Part shown: positions 9,517-19,274 of the stretch, one piece after another
Layout: the number at the start of each line of letters is the position of its first letter
How positions within the stretch are numbered: the first letter of the stretch is position 1
Assembly (NCBI GenBank): GCA_963815115.1
Contig: CAWFFN010000005.1
Span: forward strand, 928,001-992,000
Direction: 5' to 3'
DNA length: 64,000 nt
From: an uncultured delta proteobacterium
GTDB lineage: Bacteria; Desulfobacterota; Binatia; DP-6
Translations under genes and position numbers: made by a program
Notes under the pieces: model-generated
The model's database searches: none
What the model was told of the DNA's origin: nothing
Seen by the model: the letters and a program-made list of their open reading frames with translations, nothing else

Positions 9517-10587
9517 ATGGCTCGCTTCGGCTGGGCCTGCTCGATCGTCCTGATCGCCTTCGCCGTTGTTCGCTCCGCAGACGCCCCGACCGTCCGTGTC
9601 CGGTATCACGTCGATGCGAGGCACTACTTCGAGACCAGTCCGCGCGCCACGCGTTCCCTGCTCTTCGAGCTGTACTCCACGCGCCCCTGCGTCGGCCCCG
9701 CCCTGAAGCAGGAATTCGTCCAGGTCGAGGCGGTTCCTGCGGCGCCAGCTCGCCTCCGACGGCAGACGAAGAATGCCACGCGGCAGCCTGCGGCGCTGAC
9801 GCTGGAGACGGATGTCGCGTTGGAGACGCCGCCGCCTGCGCTGTACCTGCGCGTCACGGGCCCGGGCGTGAAGCCGATTGGTGACGACTGCCAGCGGCAG
9901 GCGACGGAGGTCGCCGGCCGCGAGGCGCAGCGCCCGCCGCCGTGCCCCCGCGATGCGGTTCCCTTCAACCTGCTCTGCGTGGACCGGTACGAGGCGAGCC
10001 TGTGGGAGATCCCGGATGCGCGCGTCGACCTGATCCGCAAGGTCATCGACGGGACCGCTACACTGACCGATTTCACGGGCCCCGGCGTCCGGCAGGTCGG
10101 GTTCCCGGGACCCCCGTTCGGCCATGCGGCGGTCCCCGGCAGCTTCCTGCCAGGGGGCGCCTACATGCCCCGCGTTTACGCGGTCTCGATTCCCGGCGTC
10201 CTGCCCTCGACCCTCGTCTCCGCCTACCAGGCCTGGGCCGCGTGCGGATACTCCGGGAAGCGCCTGTTGACCAGCGCCGAATGGAGTGCGGCGGCGGCGG
10301 GAACTCCCGCCGCCAACCGCCGGGACGGCGCGAACGACTGCAACACCGGTGCGGGCATCCTCCCCGCGGGTGCACCGGTCAAGACCGGCTCCCGGTCGCG
10401 CTGCGTGTCGAGCGCTGGCGCCTTCGACATGGTGGGCAACGTCTCGGAGTGGACCATGGACGGCTACACCACGACTCGCTATCGCGGCGGCGCGTGGGAT
10501 GCCGGCGACGAAGCCGGCATCTCGTTCACATGGCTGGACGAGCCGGTCACCCAGGACAACGCCGTAGGACTTCGCTGCGTTCGCTAG
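9517..10587 (+). CDS. Secreted SUMF1/FGE-sulfatase-domain protein
   Basis: Signal peptide; CVDRYE, AWAAC..GKRLLTSAEW, FDMVGNVSEW, RGGAW, GLRC. Confidence 0.85.
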   Translation: MARFGWACSIVLIAFAVVRSADAPTVRVRYHVDARHYFETSPRATRSLLFELYSTRPCVGPALKQEFVQVEAVPAAPARLRRQTKNATRQPAALTLETDVALETPPPALYLRVTGPGVKPIGDDCQRQATEVAGREAQRPPPCPRDAVPFNLLCVDRYEASLWEIPDARVDLIRKVIDGTATLTDFTGPGVRQVGFPGPPFGHAAVPGSFLPGGAYMPRVYAVSIPGVLPSTLVSAYQAWAACGYSGKRLLTSAEWSAAAAGTPAANRRDGANDCNTGAGILPAGAPVKTGSRSRCVSSAGAFDMVGNVSEWTMDGYTTTRYRGGAWDAGDEAGISFTWLDEPVTQDNAVGLRCVR

Positions 10588-10765
10588 ATATGGAGCCACA
10601 TCTGGAGGTGGAGCAGCATGCCTCGGCCCTCTTGCATTCGGATGCCATCGGCAGGGCCTCGATCTGCCTTCGGTCGTCCCCGCCCAGCACTCGCCCGATG
10701 CGGCGGGCGACCGCGGTCACCAGCCGTGCGACGTCCGCGTCTGTGAGGTGTGCGTCGCCCGCACG

Positions 10766-12013
10766 CTAGCCGAGCGCGCCCGAGCGGTGCAGCTCCTCGA
10801 TCCGCGCGGCGTCGTAGCCGAGCACCTCCCGCAGCACCGCGTCGGAGTCCCGTCCGGGCTCGCGTGCCGCGATCCCTGGAACGGGCAGCGCCTCGCCGAT
10901 CGGTTTGATCGGCGACGGCATGAGGTCGGTGCCGGCTTCGGGATGCGGGCGCATCGGCATGCGGGCGGCGAACTGCGGGTCGCGCGGCACCGTCTTCACC
11001 GTGTTCACCGGGCAGATCGGCGTGTTCACGCGCTGCCCGAAGGCGATCCACTCGTCGGTGGTGCGGGTGGCGAAGATCGCGGCCAGCTCGCGCCGGAGGA
11101 CGACGTTCCCGCGCGCGTGGTCGGCGTAGCGCGCGCCGGGGTTCGCGGCGAAGAGATCCGAGCGGCCGATGCCGTCGCAGAAGTTCTTCCAGAACTCGCG
11201 CTCGGACGCCATGAAGAGGATCAGGCCGTCCTGCGAGCGGTAGTACTGGTAGCGGACCGCTTCCTTCATGCTGTCGTCGCCGACCGGGCGGCGCGGTCCC
11301 TTGCCGTCGCCGTCGTTGCCCGTCACCTGGTCTTCGGGGCGTTCGTAGGCCTTGTTGCCCTCGATGCCGTTCCAGTTGAACGCCGCCGCGGCGTCGCTCT
11401 GCGCCACCTCGAAGCGGCACCCGGCGCCCGTGGCGCGCGCGCGGACGATGGCCGCGCAGATGCCGAGCGCGGCATACAGGGGACCTGCGTTGATGCCGAC
11501 CGGGGTATAGGAGGGGATGGTCGGGAAGCCCTCGGCGTCGTACGCCGGGCGCGCGACGCCTGCCCAGGCGTCGTACGCGATCCCGTGGCTCGGCATGTCC
11601 TTGTAGGGGCCGGTCATGCCGTAGCCCGAGTGGGTGCAGAAGACGATCCTCGGGTTCGCCTCGCGCAGCCGGTCGTAGCCGAGGCCGCGGCGCTCCAGCG
11701 CGCCGGGCCGCATGCCCTCGATCACCGCGTCGGCGCGGCGCACGAGGTCGAGATACGTCGCCACGCCTCCGGGGGTCTTCAGGTCGAGGACGATGCTTCG
11801 CTTGCCGCGGTTCAGATGCCAGTGGAGGAGCGAGATGCCGTCGATGATGGGGAACGCCATGCGGCGCACGTAGTCGCCGCCCGGGTTCTCCACCTTGACG
11901 ACCTCGGCGCCCAGGTCGGCGAGATGCATGCCGACGGCACCCGGGCCGAGAAGCGAGCTCTCGATGATGCGAACGCCGGCGAGGAACCCGCCGGTCGCGG
12001 GATCGGTAGCCAT
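10766..12013 (-). CDS. Family III (CaiB/BaiF) CoA-transferase
   Basis: LADLGAEVVKVE.PGGD, NRGKRSIVLDLK, EGMRPG..LGYD, SGYG.TGPY. Confidence 0.9.
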   Translation of the reverse strand: MATDPATGGFLAGVRIIESSLLGPGAVGMHLADLGAEVVKVENPGGDYVRRMAFPIIDGISLLHWHLNRGKRSIVLDLKTPGGVATYLDLVRRADAVIEGMRPGALERRGLGYDRLREANPRIVFCTHSGYGMTGPYKDMPSHGIAYDAWAGVARPAYDAEGFPTIPSYTPVGINAGPLYAALGICAAIVRARATGAGCRFEVAQSDAAAAFNWNGIEGNKAYERPEDQVTGNDGDGKGPRRPVGDDSMKEAVRYQYYRSQDGLILFMASEREFWKNFCDGIGRSDLFAANPGARYADHARGNVVLRRELAAIFATRTTDEWIAFGQRVNTPICPVNTVKTVPRDPQFAARMPMRPHPEAGTDLMPSPIKPIGEALPVPGIAAREPGRDSDAVLREVLGYDAARIEELHRSGALG

Positions 12014-12054
12014 CGGGGGCCCGGTGTAGCACGCGGCCCCCGGCCGCCGACACC

Positions 12055-12819
12055 TCAGCCCAGCACGCGCCCGCGCGCGACCGTGCCGCCGCCGTCGACC
12101 GGGAGGAGCGCGCCGGTGACGAACTCGCTCTCCCGGCTCGCGAGGTACACCACCGCCCAGGCGACGTCGTCGGGCTGCCCGAGGCGCGTCAGGTGCATCG
12201 CTTCCAGCTCCGCGCGCCGCTCGGCCGACATGCCCGCGTCGCGCCGCTCGTTCACCACGTAGCCGACGGAGAGGGCGTTGCACCGGATGCCCTGGCGGCC
12301 GTAGTCGACCGCGATCGAGCGCGTCAGCGCGTTCAGGCCGCCCTTGCTGGCGACGTACGGGGCGAAGCCGGCGCTGGCGCGCTCCGCCTGGCGCGACGAC
12401 ACGTTGACGATCGAGCCGTGACCCGCCCGCAGCATGTGCGGGATCGCGGCGCGGCAGAGCCACGCCACGCTCGTCAGGTTGACCCGCAGCACGCGCTCCC
12501 ACGATGCGGTGTCGAGCTCGCCGACCGGGCTGCGACCGATGGCCACGGCGGCGTTGTTGACCAGCACGGTGAGGCCGCCCAGACGCGCGGCCGCCGTCTC
12601 GACGAGGCCGGTGCACGCGGACTCGCCAGCGAGGTCCGCCGGGAGGAAGACCGCCTCGCCCCCCGCCGCGGTGATCGTCTCGACGACCGCGGCTCCGCGC
12701 GCGCCGTCGCGTCCGTGCACCGCCACGCGCGCCCCCTCGCGGGCACACAGGATCGCCGTGTGCTTGCCGATGCCCGAGGTCGATCCGGTGACCAGCAGGC
12801 GTTCGCCAGCGAGCCGCAT
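12055..12819 (-). CDS. Short-chain dehydrogenase/reductase
   Basis: TGSTSGIG, LVNNA, NVSS, YVASK, VDGG. Confidence 0.92.
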   Translation of the reverse strand: MRLAGERLLVTGSTSGIGKHTAILCAREGARVAVHGRDGARGAAVVETITAAGGEAVFLPADLAGESACTGLVETAAARLGGLTVLVNNAAVAIGRSPVGELDTASWERVLRVNLTSVAWLCRAAIPHMLRAGHGSIVNVSSRQAERASAGFAPYVASKGGLNALTRSIAVDYGRQGIRCNALSVGYVVNERRDAGMSAERRAELEAMHLTRLGQPDDVAWAVVYLASRESEFVTGALLPVDGGGTVARGRVLG

Positions 12820-12830
12820 CGGTGCGGCGC

Positions 12831-13880
12831 TCAGAAGCCGTACGCCGCCTTGAGCTCCGGGTCCTTGGCGGCCAGCATCTGGGCCAGGTTGACCATCACC
12901 TTGCACTGCTTCCAGGTGGCGTCGTCCTGCATCTTGCCGTCGATCATGTGGACGCCGCGACCGTCGGGGATCGCCTCGAGCACCTTCTTCGCGAAGCGCA
13001 CCTCGTCGGCGGGCGGGCTGAAGACCTTCCGCGCGATCGCGATCTGGCTGGGATGCAGCGACCAGGCGCCGACGCAGCCGAGCAGGAAGGCGGCCCGGAA
13101 CTGATCCTCGCAGCCGAGCGCGTCGCCGATGTCGCCGAACGGACCGTAGAAGGGCAGGGCGCCCATCGCGGCGCACGCGTCCACCATGCGCGCGATCGAG
13201 TAGTGCCACGGATCCTGCTGCGCGGTCGGCCGCGGAGCGTCCGGATGCGCGGGGTCGGGATCGCTGCGCACCAGATAGGCCGGATGGCCTCCGCCCACGC
13301 GCGTGGTCTTCATCCGACGCGAAGCCGCCAGGTCGGCGGGCCCGAAGCTGATCCCCTGCAGGCGCGGGCTGGCCGCGCAGATCTCCTCGACGTTGGTCAC
13401 GCCCTGGGCGGTCTCGAGGATCGCGTGCACGAGAATGGGGCGATCCACGCGATGCTTGGCCTCGAGCTGCGCCAGGAGGCGGTCGACGTAGTGGATGTCC
13501 CAGGGTCCCTCGACCTTCGGGATCATCATGACCTCGAGGCGGTTGCCGATCGCGCCCACCAGGCTGCCGATGTCGTCCAGGCACCACGGGCTGTCGAGGC
13601 TGTTGACGCGCGTCCAGAGCGGGGTGCCGCCGAGGTCGATCTCGCGCCCGATCCGCATCAGCCCCTCGCGCGCCGCCAGCTTCTTGTCGGCGGGGATGGC
13701 GTCCTCGAGGTTGCCGAGGAGGATGTCGGCCTGCTTCGCCATGTCGGGAAGCTTCGCCGCCATCTTCTCGTTGGACGGATCGAAGAAGTGGATGCAGCGC
13801 GAGGGCTTGATCGGAATCTCGCGCACCGGGTCGGGGGCCCCGATGGCGAGCGGCTTCAGAAAATCCCGGGGGCTTCGCAT
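12831..13880 (-). CDS. mcl: Malyl-CoA/beta-methylmalyl-CoA lyase (CitE/HpcH family, Chloroflexus-type)
   Basis: [60 protein letters not shown], matching the Chloroflexus-type Mcl from recall. Confidence 0.85.
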   Translation of the reverse strand: MRSPRDFLKPLAIGAPDPVREIPIKPSRCIHFFDPSNEKMAAKLPDMAKQADILLGNLEDAIPADKKLAAREGLMRIGREIDLGGTPLWTRVNSLDSPWCLDDIGSLVGAIGNRLEVMMIPKVEGPWDIHYVDRLLAQLEAKHRVDRPILVHAILETAQGVTNVEEICAASPRLQGISFGPADLAASRRMKTTRVGGGHPAYLVRSDPDPAHPDAPRPTAQQDPWHYSIARMVDACAAMGALPFYGPFGDIGDALGCEDQFRAAFLLGCVGAWSLHPSQIAIARKVFSPPADEVRFAKKVLEAIPDGRGVHMIDGKMQDDATWKQCKVMVNLAQMLAAKDPELKAAYGF

Positions 13881-13946
13881 GGCCCCCTCATGTAGACGGC
13901 GCCGCCGGGCCGGTGCAACCCGCGCGGGGCGCGGGCCGGGGATGCC

Positions 13947-14612
13947 TCAGCGCCGCCCGTAGTCCAGGGGAGCCCCCTTGCGCTGCGCGTAGATGTAGGC
14001 CTCGAGGGCTCGCATCTTGGGATCGTCGGGCGCCAGCGGCGTGCCGCGCACGGGATGCTCGATGCACCAGTTGATCATGTCCCGCAGCAGGGCCACGCGC
14101 CCGAGCTGGACCTGGAACTTGGGGTAGGTCTCGGGGTGCGTGTTGGCGGCGTGGGGATGGCACATGTCGCACGACACGGCGATGGTGCTGCCCAGCTCGC
14201 TGGCGTCGTGGAACACGCGCGAGCCGCTGGCCGCCATGACCATCGACTCCCGTGACCACGTCTCGACGTCGCGCTTGCTGATCTGCCCGTAGGTCTGCCC
14301 CTGCCCCCGTCCGATCAGGCGGCTGTTGTCCGCCGGCTGTACCAGCTCGTGCTTCTCGAGCTCGTCCTTGACCCAGTCGCGCTCGGGGTTCTTCTGGCGC
14401 CACTGCGACATGAGCGCGTCGGCGATCTCCTGGCCCTGCTCGCGGGTCTTCGGCCCCGACGGGACGGACGTGGTCGTGTGGTTGTCGCAGAGCGTGACGA
14501 CCGTCGTCCCCGGCTGCGCATTCGCGCGCCCGAGCCACCGCGTGCCGAGCAGGCCGCCACCGAGCGCCACCGCGGCGACGCCGACCAGCAGCATTCCTCG
14601 CCTGGTTCTCAT
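13947..14612 (-). CDS. Exported monoheme cytochrome c, SoxA/TsdA-like (possible His/Cys ligation)
   Basis: N-terminal hydrophobic segment; CDMCH; PETYPKF; LRDMINWCIE. Confidence 0.85.
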   Translation of the reverse strand: MRTRRGMLLVGVAAVALGGGLLGTRWLGRANAQPGTTVVTLCDNHTTTSVPSGPKTREQGQEIADALMSQWRQKNPERDWVKDELEKHELVQPADNSRLIGRGQGQTYGQISKRDVETWSRESMVMAASGSRVFHDASELGSTIAVSCDMCHPHAANTHPETYPKFQVQLGRVALLRDMINWCIEHPVRGTPLAPDDPKMRALEAYIYAQRKGAPLDYGRR

Positions 14613-14623
14613 CGTCGCCCCCC

Positions 14624-15739
<1,116 letters not shown>

Positions 15740-15741
15740 CG

Positions 15742-17076
15742 CTATCGCCCTCCGCTTCCCGGGCCGCCCGCCGCGCGCTCCTCGAATGGCAGCACGCGGC
15801 GCATGGCGAGCTCCTCGTCCCGGAACGGCCGCTGGGTGCGCGAGCGCTCCTGCTGAGCGGCGTGCTGCCGGGCGTTCTCGTCCTTCAGCCGGTCGTCCGT
15901 CATGGAGAAGAGCAGGGCGACGACGGCGTCGATCTCGTCTTCGCTGAGCGCCAGGGGCTCGATGCCCCCGTCGAGGTACGGGTTCGCCTCGCCGCCCTTG
16001 TTGTAGTGATCCATGACGTCCCACAGGGTCTGGAGCGAGCCGTCGTGCATGTAGGGCGGCGTGACGCCCACGTTGCGGAGCTGGAGCGTCTTGAAGCCGC
16101 CGATGTCGGAGCGGTCCTTCGTGACCATGAAGCGGCCGAGCTCGGACATGTCGGTCTCGAGCGCCAGGTGATCGATCGCCTCGAGACCGGCCTTCCCCTT
16201 CGTCTCCGCCAGCGTCTTCAGCGCCTTCTTGGCGAGCTCGTTGAAGTTCTGGTGCCGCGCCGCGACGCCGATGTTGTGGAAGCGGTTGTCGGTGCCGATC
16301 GGGTTCGACGGGTTGAGCGCGTGGCAGCTCATGCAGCGCGCCTTGCCGTTGAACAGCACCCAGCCCTGGCGGGCCTGATCGGAGATGGCCTGCCCGTCCC
16401 CGGCGAGGAACCGGTCGAACGGCGAGCCCAGGAAGACGAGCGTGCGCTCGAAGGCGGCGATCGCGCGCCCGATGTCGTCGTAGTTGGGTGGCCGGCCGTA
16501 GGCCTTCTGGAAGAGCTCCCGATAGGCGGGATCGCCGGCGATCGCCTGCACCACGGCCTCGCCCGAGGGCTGCCCCATCTCGACCGGGTTCACGATGGGC
16601 AGCTTCGCCTGCTCCTCCAGGCTCGGGGCGCGGCCGTCGAGGAAGAACTCCTGGAAGAAGAGCGCGTTCAGGGTGGTGGGCGCGTTGCGCCGGCCGAGCT
16701 GGTCGCCGATGCCCTCGGAGACCGGCCGCTGGTCGGTGAAGCCCTTGGCGACGTCGTGGCAGGTGGCGCACGCGACCGTGCCGTCCTTGGAGAGATGCAG
16801 GTCGAAGTAGAGCTTGCGCCCGAGCTCGATGCGTTCGGGCGTGGTCGCGTTGTCGGCGGGAATGAGCTCGCTCCAGGTCGCGATATCGACGCCTCCCGGC
16901 TGCCTGGGCACGGTGGGGGCGACGCCGAGCTTCTCGAGCAGCTCGAGCTGCGCCTGCGGCGCGAGGGCGCCGTGCAGGCCCTCGTCGGCCGCGTGGCCCG
17001 CCTCGGTTGCGCACGGCAGGCCGGCGCCGACGAGCAGCAGGAGGGTGGTCATGCCGAACGTTCCTCGCCTCATCAT
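15742..17076 (-). CDS. Diheme cytochrome c peroxidase family protein (MauG/BthA-like)
   Basis: Signal peptide; LGRKLYFD, CATCH, RNAPT, DGRA, CMSCH, FKT..LRNV..TPPYMHDGS, VMDHYNKGG. Confidence 0.92.
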   Translation of the reverse strand: MMRRGTFGMTTLLLLVGAGLPCATEAGHAADEGLHGALAPQAQLELLEKLGVAPTVPRQPGGVDIATWSELIPADNATTPERIELGRKLYFDLHLSKDGTVACATCHDVAKGFTDQRPVSEGIGDQLGRRNAPTTLNALFFQEFFLDGRAPSLEEQAKLPIVNPVEMGQPSGEAVVQAIAGDPAYRELFQKAYGRPPNYDDIGRAIAAFERTLVFLGSPFDRFLAGDGQAISDQARQGWVLFNGKARCMSCHALNPSNPIGTDNRFHNIGVAARHQNFNELAKKALKTLAETKGKAGLEAIDHLALETDMSELGRFMVTKDRSDIGGFKTLQLRNVGVTPPYMHDGSLQTLWDVMDHYNKGGEANPYLDGGIEPLALSEDEIDAVVALLFSMTDDRLKDENARQHAAQQERSRTQRPFRDEELAMRRVLPFEERAAGGPGSGGR

Positions 17077-17879
17077 GAGTTCTCCCCTGTGAGCTCGGTC
17101 GTTCGCAGGTCTCCGATGCTGCCCGGGCCCGTGCTCGCATGGCACAGCGCGCAGGTCTCCGATGGTGTTCGCGCCGCATCCGACACCAGCAGATAGGAGA
17201 CCGGATCGTGGGTCCACGCCAGGATCCGCTCGCCACCCGCCTCGATCCAGCGGAACTCGACGTTCCCCGATCGGAGCGCGCGACCCACCGGCGGCCAGGC
17301 TCGCCGCGGCAGCACGAACAGCGAGACCGGCCGCGCCCCGCCGTCGTAGAGCACGTAGCCGGCCGGCGTGCCCGCGAGCTCGACCGCCGCGGCGCCGCGC
17401 AGCGCGAAGCCGCGGGTCTCGGCCTCCGGCACGTCCGTGAAGAATGGGACCTGCCGTTGCAGCCAGCGGCTGACCTCGACCGCGTCGCGCGACGCGAGCC
17501 CGATGGGCGCCCGGCCTCGGGTCGTGGTCCGGTGCACGTCGAGCGCGGCCCGCACCTCGGGCGGCAGCGCGCGCTCGCCACGCCGCGCGAGCGTCCCGGC
17601 CAGCACGACCCCCAGGATGGCCACCGCGACGCCGGCCGCGCGCAGCGGCCATGGCCGGGACCGCGGGCGCAGGCTCGCCGCCACCCGGGTCCCGAGATCG
17701 TCCGGCACCTGCCGCGGATAGAGGACGCCGACCATGCCGCGGAAGGCTCGCTGACGCTCGAAGGCGTCGCGACAGGCGGCGCAGCGCCCGAGATGCGCTT
17801 CCACCTCGATGGCGCCCTCGACGTCGAGCTCGTCGTCGGCGTAGGCCTGCACCCGGTCGCGCATCATCCCGCAGCTCAT
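17073..17879 (-). CDS. Zinc-finger (ZAS) transmembrane anti-sigma factor with C-terminal CxxCH
   Basis: HLGRCAAC (HxxxCxxC), TM helix AAGVAVAILGVVLAGTLA, CALCH near C-terminus; ATGA overlaps on both sides. Confidence 0.85.
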   Translation of the reverse strand: MSCGMMRDRVQAYADDELDVEGAIEVEAHLGRCAACRDAFERQRAFRGMVGVLYPRQVPDDLGTRVAASLRPRSRPWPLRAAGVAVAILGVVLAGTLARRGERALPPEVRAALDVHRTTTRGRAPIGLASRDAVEVSRWLQRQVPFFTDVPEAETRGFALRGAAAVELAGTPAGYVLYDGGARPVSLFVLPRRAWPPVGRALRSGNVEFRWIEAGGERILAWTHDPVSYLLVSDAARTPSETCALCHASTGPGSIGDLRTTELTGENS

Positions 17880-18470
17880 CGGACGGCTCGCTCTGCGGGG
17901 CGGCTTCCGACGATGCCGCGCTCTCGAGCCTGGCGCAGCAGGGTCGCGCGCAGGAGCGCCCGTCCGCGTGCGAGCCGCGACATCACGGTGCCGAGAGGAC
18001 AGCCGGCCACCTCCGCGATCTCGCGATAGGCGAAGCCGGCGACGTCCTTCAGAAAGACCGGCACGCGGTAGGTTTCCGGCAATGCGACGAGCGCCGCGCG
18101 CACCTCCTCCGACCACTGCTGCTCGATCAGGAGCTCCTCGAGATCGGGGCCGCAGTCGTTCGGGAGGAGCGGTGGAACGGGCTCGGCGCGCCCGGCGTCG
18201 GCGTGTCGCCGCTGCCGCCGCCAGCCGGACACGAACTCGTTGCGCAGGATGGTGAAGATCCAGGCCCGGAAGTCGCTGCCGGCACGAAACGCCGCGAAGC
18301 GCTCGAACGCCCGCAGGCACGCGGTCTGAACGAGATCAGGCGCGTCGGAGGCGGCCGCCAGGGCGCACGCGAAGCTCCAGAGCGCAGGCAGGTGCGGGCC
18401 GAGCTCGGCCTCGAACTGCCGTCGTCGCCTGCGCGTCTGGCCCGGTGCGAGCAGCCGTTGCCCCCTTCAC
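17876..18470 (-). CDS. ECF RNA polymerase sigma factor (start ambiguous: CTG 18454, or GTG 18470 with a frameshift)
   Basis: Frame upstream of ORF-track start reads FEAELGPHLPALWSFA..APDLVQTACLRAF..FRAWIFTILRN (sigma2); FAYREIAEVAGCPLGTVMSRLARGR (sigma4). Confidence 0.88.
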
Positions 18471-18547
18471 TGGCACAACGCCCGAGAACGCCCCTTTATT
18501 CCCTGAGCCAGCCGGGGCGGCGAGGCAAGTCCCGTGTCTCGGAACGG

Positions 18548-19252
18548 CTAGCGCCGCGCCAGCCCCACACCCTCGCAGCGCAGGAAGTGCGAGTAGGTCA
18601 GCCACTGCGTGTCGGGATAGTACGCGAACACCGCGCTCCCGCCCTTGATGTCCTCGATGACGCTGCGCGCGGCCTCGCGCGGCAGCGCCGGGCATCCCCA
18701 GCTCCGACCGAGCCGCCCGTACTGCGCGATCATCTCGGGCTCCACGTAGTCGGCGCCGTGGACGACGATGTTTCGCTCCAGGGCCAGGTCGTTCACCCCC
18801 GGCTCGAGGCCGTTCAGGCGCAACGAGTAGCCCGAGCCGCCGTTGTACGTCCACTCGGTGCGGAAGAGTCCGAGGCTCGACTGCCGCGAACCCGGGACGT
18901 TCGAGAAGGCGACGGCATAGTTGTCGCCGCTGCCCTCGCCGTGGGCCACCAGCTCGTGATGGAGCACGCGATGACGCGGGACGTCGATGACCCAGAGGCG
19001 CTGCTGCGTCGAGGGCATCGAGTAGTCGATCACCGTGAGCAGGGGCGAGGAGAACTCGCCTTCCTGAACCCCGCAGCGCCAGGCCCGCATCGCCAGATCG
19101 AGGACCTCGGGCCTCGGCCAGTCGGTCTGCGCGACCGGCGGGAGATACGCCACCCGGCGTTTGACCCTGGGCGCACAGCCCGCGACGTGCAACGCCAGGA
19201 CCAGCAACACGAACCGACCCACCACCGCCGCCACCACCGCCCGGCTCCGCAT
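18548..19252 (-). CDS. Murein L,D-transpeptidase (YkuD_2 type), probable lipoprotein
   Basis: VAGC lipobox-like; IDYS.PS...RLWVID, VAHG.GSG, FSN..S..SSLG, IVVHGADYV, GRSWGCPA. Confidence 0.9.
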   Translation of the reverse strand: MRSRAVVAAVVGRFVLLVLALHVAGCAPRVKRRVAYLPPVAQTDWPRPEVLDLAMRAWRCGVQEGEFSSPLLTVIDYSMPSTQQRLWVIDVPRHRVLHHELVAHGEGSGDNYAVAFSNVPGSRQSSLGLFRTEWTYNGGSGYSLRLNGLEPGVNDLALERNIVVHGADYVEPEMIAQYGRLGRSWGCPALPREAARSVIEDIKGGSAVFAYYPDTQWLTYSHFLRCEGVGLARR

Positions 19253-19274
19253 AGGTGGTGGCCTCCTATAACAT

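Noticed and set aside
15740-17581. 985-aa ORF suggesting a large fusion to the phosphoesterase
   Set aside because: The upstream part overlaps the peroxidase and anti-sigma genes in another frame; the real start with its Tat leader is at 15739
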